The notes under the pieces: model-generated
What the model was told of the DNA's origin: nothing
Databases searched by the model: none
What the model saw: the letters and a program-made list of their open reading frames with translations, nothing else
Translations under genes and position numbers: made by a program
In this document: in pieces, positions 1-9,834 of the stretch
Numbering within the stretch: position 1 is the stretch's first letter
Layout: each line of letters opens with the position of its first letter
Source of the DNA: a virus
DNA: 64,000 nucleotides
Direction: 5' to 3' (one strand)
IMG/VR virus record: IMGVR_UViG_3300042484_001385
Location: 4,836-68,835 of that record

Positions 1-1481
1 TCGTATATAAACTCCTATGCCTTAAAGATCCAGCAAAGTATTTTGGTAAGCCATCTGGAGATGCTATCGACCTAATCAATGTTGCTATTAACGCTCAGCA
101 AGCAAAGAACGTTTTTTTTAAAGGTTTTAAGTCAAAGATTGAAAGATCTCCATGGTTTGTAGGAAAGTATTATGCTAAGGCTGATTCGATTGAGTTTGAT
201 AAATCAATTACTGTTTACTCTGGTCACTCAGAAAGAGAATCGCACGAGGGTTTGAATTTGCTGCTTGCAGTTCTTGATGAGATTTCTGGTTTTGCTTCTG
301 AAGTTAATACAGGAAATGAGCAGGGAAAAACTGCTGATAATATCTATAAGGCTTTCCGTGGATCAGTAGACTCCCGTTTCCCTGACTTAGGTAAGGTTGT
401 TTTGCTTTCATTCCCAAGATACCCAGGAGACTTTATTTCAGAAAAGTATGACGATGTTATTGCTGAGAAAGAAGTTGTTGAAAGAACGCATAAGTTTACT
501 ATCAATCCACTACTTCCAGAAGATAGCCCAGACAACTCGTTTGAAATTTCCTGGGATGAAGATCAGATTCTTTCATATAAATATCCAGGAGTGTTTGCAT
601 TAAAAAGACCTACATGGGAAGTAAACCCCACTCGCAAGATTGATGACTTTATGATTGCATTTATGACAGACCTTGGAGATGCAATGATGCGTTTTGCATG
701 TGTACCAACATTTGCTTCTGATGCATTTTTTAAGCAGGTAGACAAGGTAAGATCGTGTATGACACTACGCAATCCAGTAGATACATTCAAGAGGTTTGAT
801 GAATCTTTTAAGCCTGATCCAGACAAAGTTTATTATGTACATGCTGACCTTGCACAGAAACACGATAAGTGTGCAGTAGCAATTGCTCACGTAGATAAGT
901 GGGTAAACATACAAGTCATTAATAACTATGAACAAGTAGCACCAATTGTAGTAGTAGATGCAGTAGCCTGGTGGGAACCAAAGATAGAAGGACCAGTTAA
1001 TCTTTCAGAAGTTAAACAGTGGATTCAAAATCTAAGAAGGCTTGGCTTTAATATTGGCATGGTATCGTTTGACCGTTGGCAATCGTTTGATATTCAGAAT
1101 GAATTAAAACAGGTTGGAATGAGAACTGATACTGTTTCTGTTGCCAAGAAACATTATGAGGATATGGCTATGCTTGTATATGAAGAAAGACTGGCTATGC
1201 CAGCAATTGAACTACTCTTTGATGAACTAACCCAGTTAAAGATTATGAAAAATAACAGAGTTGATCACCCACGAAAGAAGTCAAAGGACTTGGCAGATGC
1301 CGTGTGTGGAGCAATATTTGGGGCAATATCACATACCCCAAAAGACCAAAATATGGTGGTCGAAGTTCATACCATTAGTGATCGACCTAAGCAGGTTGAC
1401 ACTGGTAGAGACAATGTGATAGAATATAAACCTATGCCAGATGATGTAAAAGATTATCTGGATAGATTCAATCTACTATAA
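1..1481 (+). CDS. terL: Terminase large subunit (5'-truncated by window)
   Basis: Frame open from base 3; Walker B-like LLAVLDE, then RNase H-like nuclease motifs HADLA, SFDRWQS and DHP..KSKDLADA. Confidence 0.85.
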   Translation, partial: VYKLLCLKDPAKYFGKPSGDAIDLINVAINAQQAKNVFFKGFKSKIERSPWFVGKYYAKADSIEFDKSITVYSGHSERESHEGLNLLLAVLDEISGFASEVNTGNEQGKTADNIYKAFRGSVDSRFPDLGKVVLLSFPRYPGDFISEKYDDVIAEKEVVERTHKFTINPLLPEDSPDNSFEISWDEDQILSYKYPGVFALKRPTWEVNPTRKIDDFMIAFMTDLGDAMMRFACVPTFASDAFFKQVDKVRSCMTLRNPVDTFKRFDESFKPDPDKVYYVHADLAQKHDKCAVAIAHVDKWVNIQVINNYEQVAPIVVVDAVAWWEPKIEGPVNLSEVKQWIQNLRRLGFNIGMVSFDRWQSFDIQNELKQVGMRTDTVSVAKKHYEDMAMLVYEERLAMPAIELLFDELTQLKIMKNNRVDHPRKKSKDLADAVCGAIFGAISHTPKDQNMVVEVHTISDRPKQVDTGRDNVIEYKPMPDDVKDYLDRFNLL

Positions 1482-1498
1482 ATAAGGAGAAATACCGA

Positions 1499-2626
1499 AT
1501 GAATTCATTCAAGAAGATCGCACTAGCCATGGTTGCAGCCATGACTTTGGGCACAATCGTAGCAACACCTGCAAGTGCTGCTGTAATGACAGTCGCTGTA
1601 TCATTGGATACCGTAGCAAACACTACGGCATCAGCAATTGCTACACCTGCATCATTGCCAGTGCCTGCAGACAACACAGTTGACGCTGCTGACGCACTTA
1701 AGTTCGTAGCAACAGTTGATACAGGAACATCAGTTTCTGTAACAGCAACAAATGCAACAATCGTGTCTGCACTACACACATCTGCTGCACCAGTAGGAGC
1801 AACATCAGGATCATCATCTTTGACAATTGCAACTGGTACAGGAACAACAGCAACATTTTATGTCTACACAAAGACAACGGCAATTGGCACAGTTGTAATT
1901 AACAACGGTGGAACAACTCTTACATACTATGTACAGGGCACTGCTGGCAAGATTAATACTCTTACAGTATCTGCACCAACATCAGGTGCTGCTGGAACAA
2001 AGCAGGACATTACAGTAACTGCAACAGATACATTTGGTAACAAGGTATCAGGTAAGTCAATTACTGCAACAGTCTTTGCTGCTACAGCAACACTAGACAC
2101 AGCAACAGCAACAACTGGTGCTACACTTTCAGACTTTGGAGTTGCAAAGTTTGTTGCAACACTTCCAGCAACTGGAACACGATCACTAATCACATTCGCA
2201 CCTACTACTTCAACTGATGCAACATCAGCAGACGTAGTTGGACTTCCTGCTCGTGCACTTGCACCATTTGCAGAGATCGCAGTTCGTGATCTAGTCTCAG
2301 AACTTGCTGCTGAAAAGGCTGCAAAGGATGCAGCACTTGCTGCTAAGGCAATTTCAGATGCTGCAGTCGTAAAGGCTGCTGCAGATGCTGCTGCTACTAA
2401 GGTTGCTTCAGATGCTGCTCTTGCAGCAGAAAAGGCTGCTTCTGCTAAGGCACTTGCTGATGCAAAGGCTGCTTCAGATGCAGTTATCCTTGCTAAGGAT
2501 GCAACTATTGCTAAGTTAACAGCAGATAATGCTGCTACACTCAAGTCAATTAAGACTGCTTTCAATGCACTTGCAAAGAAGTGGAATGCAAAGAATCCAA
2601 AGGCAAAGGTTACTTACATTAAGTAA
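1499..2626 (+). CDS. Secreted Ala/Thr-rich surface (S-layer/Ig-like) protein with Ala-rich coiled-coil C-terminus
   Basis: RBS aggag; signal peptide MNSFKKIALAMVAAMTLGTIVATPASA; Thr-rich beta region; AAKAASDAA repeats. Confidence 0.65.
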   Translation: MNSFKKIALAMVAAMTLGTIVATPASAAVMTVAVSLDTVANTTASAIATPASLPVPADNTVDAADALKFVATVDTGTSVSVTATNATIVSALHTSAAPVGATSGSSSLTIATGTGTTATFYVYTKTTAIGTVVINNGGTTLTYYVQGTAGKINTLTVSAPTSGAAGTKQDITVTATDTFGNKVSGKSITATVFAATATLDTATATTGATLSDFGVAKFVATLPATGTRSLITFAPTTSTDATSADVVGLPARALAPFAEIAVRDLVSELAAEKAAKDAALAAKAISDAAVVKAAADAAATKVASDAALAAEKAASAKALADAKAASDAVILAKDATIAKLTADNAATLKSIKTAFNALAKKWNAKNPKAKVTYIK

Positions 2627-2640
2627 TTATTCCAACAACT

Positions 2641-2673
2641 AAGGGGATTGGCTGAGCGCTAGTCCCCTTTTTT
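2641..2673 (+). terminator. Intrinsic terminator
   Basis: aaggggattggc-tgagc-gctagtcccctt hairpin followed by a T-run. Confidence 0.75.
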
Positions 2674-2731
2674 GTGCAATAAAATGGTATAATCATCCTA
2701 TCAGACATCATGTCTGCAAGGGGGAAAGGTA

Positions 2732-4819
2732 ATTAAAAAACTAATACGCATAGTAGCAGCCACATTGTTAGCATTTGGCTGGCTTATTATCTCCCCAGAA
2801 GGTGCTTACTCTGATGACCCCCTCACAGTTGCAGCCCAAGAAATACAAGAACTTAACAATAGTGTAGACGACCTTGGCTATCAAGATGAATTTATATCCT
2901 TAATTGAAGATGCAGAAGATAAATATGATATTGCCGTATCTGCAAAAGAAACCCAGACTCAAACCTCTGGCCTATATAATGATGCCATTGACGCAGAAGC
3001 CACGGCACTTGAAGAAAAAGACTTAGCCCAAGCAGCAGTAGATGGACAAACAGCAACAGTAGCCACAGCACTTGAGCATAAAGATGATGCCTACGATGCA
3101 CTTGGTATAGCCAATATTAATCTACAAACAGCACAGCAAGCCCTAAATAGTGCTGGTGGAACTGGTCTTTCCTACACAGTTTATAACCTATTAAGAAGTG
3201 GAAATTCAGCAGTACCTGGATCTGTAATCTGCTCAGGCACATGGAACTCAAACTATATGCAACTTCCAGTATGTCAAAATAGGTATGAAAACATTGTGGT
3301 TAAATTTGCTGGACAGATAACAGTTCCATCATGGTTTACAACAGTAGCGTTTGCAGGATATACAGACGATGGCTTTAGAATGTATGTTGATGGACAGCCT
3401 GCTGTTAACAACTGGGTAGAGCAAGGGGTGCGGTGGAGTGCATGGTCCCCAACATATGATGTAACCGAAGACAAAACTTTAGATGTAGAGATATGGTGGT
3501 ATAACGGAGGAGGCCCAGGGTCTTATCATCTTGGGTGGACAATACCTGGTGGAATGACAGGAGCAGGCTGTGACTATGCTGGAAATCCACGAGTATGGGG
3601 AGAAGACTTTAGTTGTAATTTAAATACATTCTCATCTGGACCTGGAGCAACTCAAGAACAAACCAACGATTACAACAACGCCCTTGCTGCAAGAAACTCA
3701 GCACAAGATGTGTATAATGATAAACTAAATGTTTATAATCAATCAGTCTCAACACTTAATACTTACAATCAAACCCTGACAACTAAAACTAATAACTATA
3801 ACACTGCTGTATCAAATGTAGCAATTGCGTTACAAAATAAAGAAGATGCAGAAGATGAATATAACCAGTCAATTGTTCATTTAAATAATGCTATTAATGA
3901 TGCATGGAAATATTATTATGAGCAATCAGCAAGAGAACTTAATGCTGCAATTGCTCAAGCAGCAGCCAATGCTGCAGCCAATCAGCCTACCCCAGAACCA
4001 ACACCAGAACCTTCTCCAGAACCAACTGAAGAGCCAACAGATGAGCCAAGTCCAGAACCATCCCCAGATCCAACTGATGAGCCAACTGAAGAACCTACTC
4101 CAGAGCCTTCTCCAGAGCCTACAGTAGACCCTACAGACCAGCCTACACCTGAACCTACCCCAGAGGAACCACCTACTCCTGAACCAACTCCAGAACCAAC
4201 TGAAGAGCCTGCCCCAGAACCTTCACCAGAACCTGGGCCAGATCCAGAACCTGAAGAGAACCCATGGACTGAACCAGATGTAGAAATTACTGATGAAGTT
4301 TTAGCAGCACTTGTTCCTGAAAAAGGAACGGGAACAGAAGAGGATTTATCTAATGTTATTGCTAATCTTACAAGCAAGGATAATAAGTTAGTTATTCTTT
4401 CCCCTGAACAAATCACAGCAGTTAGCCAAACTCTCAAAGCATTAACACAAGAAGCAAAGCAAGAGGTTGCAGAAGACCTTGGCATCAAGCCTTCAGAAGT
4501 TGCACAGATTGCTGAGCAGATGAAGTCTAACCCAGCACTTGCAGAAGCATTTGTTGAGTTTACAGACAGAGCAGAAACTGCAGGGGAGACACCAATGCCT
4601 TTTACATTAGCAGATGCAGTAACAGAAGTACAAACAGAAGCATTCTTAGCAGACCCACTTGGAGCAGTATTTGAAGTTGATGTTACAGAACTCCTATCTA
4701 ATTTCTCTGAATTAGGTATGGACATGACAGATGATCAGAGAGAAAAAGCCCAGGAAGTCATTATCCCAGTAATCATTGTTTCACAGATTGCAAATGTAAT
4801 GATTGGGATGAGGAGGTAA
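2732..4819 (+). CDS. Secreted/membrane-anchored PA14-domain protein with coiled coils and Pro/Glu/Thr linker (probable ATT start at 2732; ORF track starts at 2765)
   Basis: PA14 motif YTDDGFRMYVDG..VNNWVEQ..WWYNGGG; PTPEP repeats; signal-peptide n-region only complete from ATT 2732 after ggggaaagg. Confidence 0.65.
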   Translation: MKKLIRIVAATLLAFGWLIISPEGAYSDDPLTVAAQEIQELNNSVDDLGYQDEFISLIEDAEDKYDIAVSAKETQTQTSGLYNDAIDAEATALEEKDLAQAAVDGQTATVATALEHKDDAYDALGIANINLQTAQQALNSAGGTGLSYTVYNLLRSGNSAVPGSVICSGTWNSNYMQLPVCQNRYENIVVKFAGQITVPSWFTTVAFAGYTDDGFRMYVDGQPAVNNWVEQGVRWSAWSPTYDVTEDKTLDVEIWWYNGGGPGSYHLGWTIPGGMTGAGCDYAGNPRVWGEDFSCNLNTFSSGPGATQEQTNDYNNALAARNSAQDVYNDKLNVYNQSVSTLNTYNQTLTTKTNNYNTAVSNVAIALQNKEDAEDEYNQSIVHLNNAINDAWKYYYEQSARELNAAIAQAAANAAANQPTPEPTPEPSPEPTEEPTDEPSPEPSPDPTDEPTEEPTPEPSPEPTVDPTDQPTPEPTPEEPPTPEPTPEPTEEPAPEPSPEPGPDPEPEENPWTEPDVEITDEVLAALVPEKGTGTEEDLSNVIANLTSKDNKLVILSPEQITAVSQTLKALTQEAKQEVAEDLGIKPSEVAQIAEQMKSNPALAEAFVEFTDRAETAGETPMPFTLADAVTEVQTEAFLADPLGAVFEVDVTELLSNFSELGMDMTDDQREKAQEVIIPVIIVSQIANVMIGMRR
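3985..4280 (+). repeat. PTPEP/PSPEP coding low-complexity linker repeat
   Basis: Degenerate ccagaacc-type repeats encoding a Pro/Glu/Thr-rich linker. Confidence 0.85.
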
Positions 4820-4821
4820 AA

Positions 4822-5028
4822 ATGAAAATAATCAAAAAAGTTGTGAAGGGATTCTTCACATGGCTTAAAGATGCAGGGGTGGAAGTGATTGCACAGGCCT
4901 TTACTCTCCTTGGCTTCTTCATCGCATGGCTAACTTTGACGGGATCAGCAAGAGACATTGTTGGTATTGCAGTACTTGCAACAACAGTAATTTGGCTAAT
5001 AACAATCCCATTAAGAAAGGAGGACTAA
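4822..5028 (+). CDS. Small two-TM membrane protein (holin-like candidate)
   Basis: RBS gaggagg; two hydrophobic segments. Confidence 0.55.
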   Translation: MKIIKKVVKGFFTWLKDAGVEVIAQAFTLLGFFIAWLTLTGSARDIVGIAVLATTVIWLITIPLRKED

Positions 5029-5030
5029 AT

Positions 5031-5315
5031 ATGGCAACTAAAAAGGTAGTAGAGCCTCCTAAGAAGGAGCACCCACAAAAAGCAATAACCAATATCTTAA
5101 TGCGTATAATAGCAGTGTTTGCTGCTTCTGGTCTATCAGTACTTGGTGCTGGAGCAGTAGTTGGAATTGACACAGTTCAGGCAGTATTCTTAGCAGGACT
5201 ATTAGGCGTAGCAACAGTCATTGAAAGACTGGCAAGGGCTTTTTTGGACGATGGAAAACTCACATTGTCAGAGATCAATGATGCGTTTAAGACGGTAGAC
5301 AAAAAGGCTAATTAG
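5031..5315 (+). CDS. Two-TM membrane protein (holin-like candidate)
   Basis: RBS aggagg before ATG 5031; two hydrophobic helices, then a DDGKLTLSEIN tail. Confidence 0.55.
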   Translation: MATKKVVEPPKKEHPQKAITNILMRIIAVFAASGLSVLGAGAVVGIDTVQAVFLAGLLGVATVIERLARAFLDDGKLTLSEINDAFKTVDKKAN

Positions 5316-5331
5316 TCATTATTGACGGTAG

Positions 5332-5361
5332 TTGACAGCCCTCTCTGGGCAATGGTATACT
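5332..5361 (+). promoter_or_regulatory. Sigma70-type promoter
   Basis: TTGACA-18 nt-TATACT with extended TG. Confidence 0.65.
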
Positions 5362-5392
5362 TAAGTATCACCTATCTGGAGAGGGCTTTGTC

Positions 5393-5917
5393 ATGACCTG
5401 TATTGTTGCTTTGCGCCATGAAGATAAAATTTATATGGCTGGAGATCGTGGAGCATCAGACGATGGTGTTATTCTTTCACTTGAATCACCAAAGGTTTGG
5501 AAGGTTGGTCCATATTTAATTGGATATGCTGGCTCTATGGACGGTGACAGAATTAGGCACAATTTTAGACCGACAGCGCCAAACATCAAAGATACAGATA
5601 AGTTTATGCATACAAAATTTATTAAAGAACTCCGTGAATTCTATAACGAGTTTTGGATTGATACATCTAAAGAAGGAGAACTTAGTTTAATCATTGGCAT
5701 TCGTGGTGAAATATATGAGCACAGTTCTGGAGATATGTCTTTATCTAAGTACTCTTTACCATATGTTTCTATTGGCTCTGGATCAGAGTACGCCTATGGT
5801 GTTTTATATGCAACAGACAAACAAAAAAATGCAAGGAATAGAGTTAATCAGGCAGTATCTGCAGCAATTAAATTTAACCCATCGTGCATGGGACCAGTTG
5901 ACATCATAAGCGCTTAG
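5393..5917 (+). CDS. HslV/proteasome-beta-like Ntn-hydrolase peptidase
   Basis: Thr at position 2 (MTCIVAL), AGDR, KVWK, GYAG and SIGSGS..A motifs typical of Thr proteases. Confidence 0.75.
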   Translation: MTCIVALRHEDKIYMAGDRGASDDGVILSLESPKVWKVGPYLIGYAGSMDGDRIRHNFRPTAPNIKDTDKFMHTKFIKELREFYNEFWIDTSKEGELSLIIGIRGEIYEHSSGDMSLSKYSLPYVSIGSGSEYAYGVLYATDKQKNARNRVNQAVSAAIKFNPSCMGPVDIISA

Positions 5918-5932
5918 GAGTATACTTAATAT

Positions 5933-6136
5933 ATGAATCACACACACGATGATTTGTCACCTGAAGAACAAGAGTTCGGTATTTGGCTTGAAAATGGTAT
6001 TGAAAGAGGATGGGTAACTCCACCGTACTGCAATACCCATGATGGCGGATACGAGTATATGGGTGAAGAAGAAATTGAGGAATGGGACCAAGGTGGTGAC
6101 CCATGTTGTCATGTCGTAAGACTGATGATCTCATAA
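5933..6136 (+). CDS. Hypothetical protein
   Basis: ORF with TATACT-N6-ATG leaderless promoter; C..HDG..DPCCH motif. Confidence 0.65.
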   Translation: MNHTHDDLSPEEQEFGIWLENGIERGWVTPPYCNTHDGGYEYMGEEEIEEWDQGGDPCCHVVRLMIS

Positions 6137-6152
6137 ATAGAAAAGGAATATA

Positions 6153-7049
6153 ATGAAGAAAGTACTACTAGCAATACTATCAGTATTGGTTGCATTTACA
6201 TCATTGCAGCCATCTCATGCAGAAGATCAAAAAGTTTTAGCAATTATTGACTCTGCTATTAACTCTACAAAGTTTAATTCAATTATCCATGAAGTTTGTT
6301 TTACAACTGTCAAGTCATCAGTTGTTAATCAAGATATGTCTTGCCCTAACGGAGAACTGTTTATGGAAGGTCCAGGCGCAGCATCTGCACCATGGCCAGT
6401 ATCTATCAACAATGCAACATATCACGGAGATAGTATGGTTAAGGCTGCATTAGCAACTAATCCAAATCTTAAGATTGTTTTTATTAGATTTAACGATGTT
6501 ACAAAACTTGGAAACTCACGAGGAGATTCAAAAGCACTAATTGCAGCAATCGAGTGGGTATCAAATAACGCATCAAAATATAGCATTGATGCATTGTCAA
6601 TTAGCCAATCAGGTACTAGTACCGATATTAAAACAAAGGCTAAGACATTTCATACTGATTGCACAAATTCTTTAGCATTAAGTTCAGTATCTAAATTAAA
6701 CGCAAATAATATTCCTGTCTTTGCTGCAACTGGAAATGATGGGCTAAGCAGCCTAGTTGGTTTTCCAGCCTGCGTTCCTGGAGTTATTGGCGTAGGTGCA
6801 ATGGGATCACCAACACAATTTGAAAAAGCAACAAATAGAGGTCCTGGTCTAGACCTTGTTGCTCTTGGCAAAGTTAGCATTACTAAATATAATGGATCTC
6901 AAACAGACATCTCTGGAAGTTCTGGAGCAAATGTTGTTGCAGCATCAGCATATGTTAGTAAAAATACATACAAGACATTTATAGAGTATTTTAATTCTTT
7001 ATCAAAGGTTATAATCTCTGGAGTGTCTTACCCGTACACATCTAAATAA
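6153..7049 (+). CDS. Secreted S8 subtilisin-like serine protease
   Basis: Signal peptide; AIIDS, YHGDSM, AATGND, PAC..GVIGVGA and SGSSGA motifs. Confidence 0.8.
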   Translation: MKKVLLAILSVLVAFTSLQPSHAEDQKVLAIIDSAINSTKFNSIIHEVCFTTVKSSVVNQDMSCPNGELFMEGPGAASAPWPVSINNATYHGDSMVKAALATNPNLKIVFIRFNDVTKLGNSRGDSKALIAAIEWVSNNASKYSIDALSISQSGTSTDIKTKAKTFHTDCTNSLALSSVSKLNANNIPVFAATGNDGLSSLVGFPACVPGVIGVGAMGSPTQFEKATNRGPGLDLVALGKVSITKYNGSQTDISGSSGANVVAASAYVSKNTYKTFIEYFNSLSKVIISGVSYPYTSK

Positions 7050-7055
7050 TATATA

Positions 7056-7081
7056 AGTCCTGGGCATGACTAAAACTGCCT
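7056..7081 (+). ncRNA. Compact H-type pseudoknot motif, copy after subtilisin stop
   Basis: agtc/gact stem; loop ctgggcat pairs with downstream tgcc(t); member of a 7-copy covarying family. Confidence 0.6.
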
Positions 7082-7085
7082 TCAA

Positions 7086-7158
7086 TGCCCTATAACTCAG
7101 TTGGTAGAGTGCCGAACTGTTAATTCGGATGTCCCTGGATCGAGGCCAGGTGGGGCAG
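7086..7158 (+). tRNA. tRNA-Asn (GTT)
   Basis: Acceptor TGCCCTA/TGGGGCA; anticodon arm CCGAA-CTGTTAA-TTCGG; T arm CCTGG-ATCGAGG-CCAGG with atypical loop; no encoded CCA. Confidence 0.85.
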
Positions 7159-7199
7159 CGTGATATAATAAGATTGTCATACCTATAAGGAGGAATAAC

Positions 7200-7847
7200 A
7201 TGGCAGCAAAAGGTAGTTTAGAAGCAATCATTGAGGTTGCAAAGAAAGAAGTGGGCACAATTGAAGGCCCTAAAGATAACGAAACAAAGTACGGTGCATG
7301 GATTAAGGTTAATTTCCAGCCATGGTGCCAATCATTTGTTTCTTGGGCAGCATTTACTGCTGGAGTAAAGTCATTCCCTAAGTCTGCATCAACAGTAGCA
7401 GCAGCAGATTGGTTTAAGAAGGCTGAGCGTTGGTCAGATGCTCGTAACGATGATCCACAAGCAGGAGACTGGATCTATTTTGATTTTCCAGAAGATGGAG
7501 TAAATCGTATTTCACATGTTGGGCTTTGCATTAAGAATAATGGCGATGGAACAATTCAAGTTATCGAAGGAAATACATCTGGAACCGCAAAGGGAGATCA
7601 GCGCAATGGTGGAATGTGTGTTGAAAAAACTCGTGGCTATGTAAAAAATAACAAGAAGAAGTTGGTTAATGCTGTTGTTGGTTGGGGTCGTCCAGTTTAC
7701 ACTGGTGAAGAAAATGCTCCACTACTAAATAAGTTAGCAGCAACACCAACACCTGCTAAGCCAACTGCAGCACCAAAAGAAATTAAGCCTGTAGTAAATA
7801 AACCAGCAGGTCGCAGTGGCGGAGGAAAAGGTTCAGTAGCACTATAA
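7200..7847 (+). CDS. CHAP-domain endolysin/amidase
   Basis: PWCQSFVSW, GDWIYFDF, SHVGL and IEGNT motifs. Confidence 0.85.
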   Translation: MAAKGSLEAIIEVAKKEVGTIEGPKDNETKYGAWIKVNFQPWCQSFVSWAAFTAGVKSFPKSASTVAAADWFKKAERWSDARNDDPQAGDWIYFDFPEDGVNRISHVGLCIKNNGDGTIQVIEGNTSGTAKGDQRNGGMCVEKTRGYVKNNKKKLVNAVVGWGRPVYTGEENAPLLNKLAATPTPAKPTAAPKEIKPVVNKPAGRSGGGKGSVAL

Positions 7848-8065
7848 TGGAATCAAAAAAGAGAAGCACGTACAAAACATTTACATGGCCAGCAGTTCAC
7901 ATTGGATTTGTTGGTACTTTAGTCTATTTTTTTGAAAAGGCTATTACTGGCGAAGCCCATTGGGAGTACGCTGGAACCTTTGCAATTGTCTATACACTCT
8001 GTGAGATGTTAGGATTTTTCTTACATGAAAGAGCATGGAACAAATTTGGAAAGGAGATCAAGTAA
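7847..8065 (+). CDS. Small membrane protein (DUF2061-like)
   Basis: KRS..KTFTW start and HERAWNK end, with two TM segments. Confidence 0.6.
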   Translation: MESKKRSTYKTFTWPAVHIGFVGTLVYFFEKAITGEAHWEYAGTFAIVYTLCEMLGFFLHERAWNKFGKEIK

Positions 8066-8175
8066 TGCGTATTAAAATAATTAGAGCAGTAGTAAAATTA
8101 CTTGGATATGAGTGGGGTGGAGATAAATTAAATGCCCCAGTTTGGACCGTAAAAGAAAAGAAAAAATCTAAGTAA

Positions 8176-8361
8176 ATGGCATTATACGAATATGACTGCA
8201 TGCCTTGTGGTCAGCGATATACAAAAGAAAGATCAATTAAAGAAAACGATCCAGGGTATGCTTGTGAAACTTGCAATCTACCGCTGGTTCGTGTATACTC
8301 TAATGTAGGAGCAGTATTCAACGGTAGTGGATTTTATTCCACTGATAACAGAAAGCGGTAG
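8176..8361 (+). CDS. FmdB-family zinc-ribbon protein
   Basis: YEYDC..CG..C..C..LVRVYS..FNGSGFYSTD. Confidence 0.8.
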   Translation: MALYEYDCMPCGQRYTKERSIKENDPGYACETCNLPLVRVYSNVGAVFNGSGFYSTDNRKR

Positions 8362-8365
8362 TATA

Positions 8366-8590
8366 ATGTTTACAATGATTAAAGATGAAGTAAAGCAAGA
8401 ATGGCAACTATCCCCAGCGGATCGTTGCGATAGATGCAATGCTGAGGCATTGGTTAAGGTTACAGGTATAAGTGGAGAACTTTTATTTTGTGGTCACCAC
8501 TACAATAAGATTATGGATAAACAAGAAAGTTATAAAAAGATGATGTCTTTTGCGCTTACAATTCTTGATGAGCGAGAAAAACTAGCATAA
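8366..8590 (+). CDS. Small zinc-binding protein of actinobacterial type
   Basis: DRCDRC.AEA..LLFCGHH..LDERE motif. Confidence 0.65.
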   Translation: MFTMIKDEVKQEWQLSPADRCDRCNAEALVKVTGISGELLFCGHHYNKIMDKQESYKKMMSFALTILDEREKLA

Positions 8591-8593
8591 ATA

Positions 8594-9433
8594 GTGAAGT
8601 TCCACTACATGTGGAGAGGCGAGCCATTAAACTCAAAAAGACTTAGGGACCTCTCTTCTAAACTAGAAAATTCTGGGTATTACTCAGTTCTGCTAACCTT
8701 TCATTCAGAAAGTCCAGACTATTTAATAAAATCAGCAGCCGCTTTAATCCCAGGGAATAAATTAAAATATATGATTGCCCTAAGACCATACCACATGAGC
8801 CCTCAGTTTTGTGCAATGGTTACTGAAGGATATAATCAAATAGATAGTAATAGGTTAATATTTAACTGGATTGCTGGAGATTTTCATAACAGAGATGACG
8901 AGCCAAGACAGGTTGACGTATTTGGAAAAACAGAGTCAATTGATCATATAGTTAAAAGAACTGTATTCTTAAGAGATTTTGTTAAACAGTATAATTCTTT
9001 TAATATTGTATCTAAAAAACCAGAAATGGTATTTAGCGGTTTTTCTGATTATACTTTAGAGACTGTAAAAATTTTTAATGGCATATCTTTATGTATGATA
9101 GATGATTATAGGAAAAATATAGACAAATTTGATAAAATAGATAACAGAATGGTCTGTGTTAATCCTATTATCCTAAATTCAAACAAACAGATAGACGAGT
9201 ATAAAACTACAATATCTTTAATTAATCCAAGGTCGTTGTATACTACAATTATAGGAGACAGGGATACTGTAAAGCAGAAACTTCTTAGACTAAAAGATGA
9301 AGGAATAACAGATGTTCTTTTAGATACAAATAGGCCAGAATCTTTTGGAATTGAGAACGAAGCAAGCAATACAAATGATATACTAGTTAATGAACTAGTT
9401 AGAGAAATATCTAAGGAGAAAAGCAATGTATGA
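8594..9433 (+). CDS. Luciferase-like (LLM/SsuD-fold) flavin-dependent protein, divergent
   Basis: LE..GYYSVLL, LKYMIALRPY.MSPQ..A, NRLIFNWIAG and IIGD..TVKQKL..L..EGITDVLL. Confidence 0.6.
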   Translation: MKFHYMWRGEPLNSKRLRDLSSKLENSGYYSVLLTFHSESPDYLIKSAAALIPGNKLKYMIALRPYHMSPQFCAMVTEGYNQIDSNRLIFNWIAGDFHNRDDEPRQVDVFGKTESIDHIVKRTVFLRDFVKQYNSFNIVSKKPEMVFSGFSDYTLETVKIFNGISLCMIDDYRKNIDKFDKIDNRMVCVNPIILNSNKQIDEYKTTISLINPRSLYTTIIGDRDTVKQKLLRLKDEGITDVLLDTNRPESFGIENEASNTNDILVNELVREISKEKSNV

Positions 9434-9833
9434 ATACTATGTAAGAAAAGTAGAGAATGTAGTAGATGGAGATACCATAGATGTTCTTATTGATTTAGGG
9501 TTTGATATTCTGTTTGCATCCCGTGTAAGACTGGCTGGTATTGATACCCCTGAGTCCCGTACTAAGGACCTTGCTGAGAAGGCTTTGGGCTTAGAGGCTA
9601 AAGAATACCTAAAGAAGTCTCTAAAGGACGCCAAGTCCGTTGTAATCAAGACTGAAAAGATGGACTCATCTGAAAAGTATGGTCGCATTTTAGGCTGGGT
9701 CTATGTAGATGGCAACACAGTATCACTTAACGACATGATGATCAATGATGGTTATGCATGGGGATACCTTGGAGATACTAAAGTCAAGGACTTTAATGCA
9801 CTTGCAAAGGCAAGAAAAAAGTCTGGTAAATAA
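9426..9833 (+). CDS. Thermonuclease (SNase family)
   Basis: VVDGDTID, RVRLAGIDTPES, EKYGRILG and GYAW.Y motifs. Confidence 0.9.
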   Translation: MYEYYVRKVENVVDGDTIDVLIDLGFDILFASRVRLAGIDTPESRTKDLAEKALGLEAKEYLKKSLKDAKSVVIKTEKMDSSEKYGRILGWVYVDGNTVSLNDMMINDGYAWGYLGDTKVKDFNALAKARKKSGK

Positions 9834-9834
9834 T

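Noticed and set aside
1927-4725. Long antisense ORFs 1927-2565 and 3982-4725
   Set aside because: Mirror frames of Ala-rich and Pro-rich genes with strong codon bias; no RBS or domain
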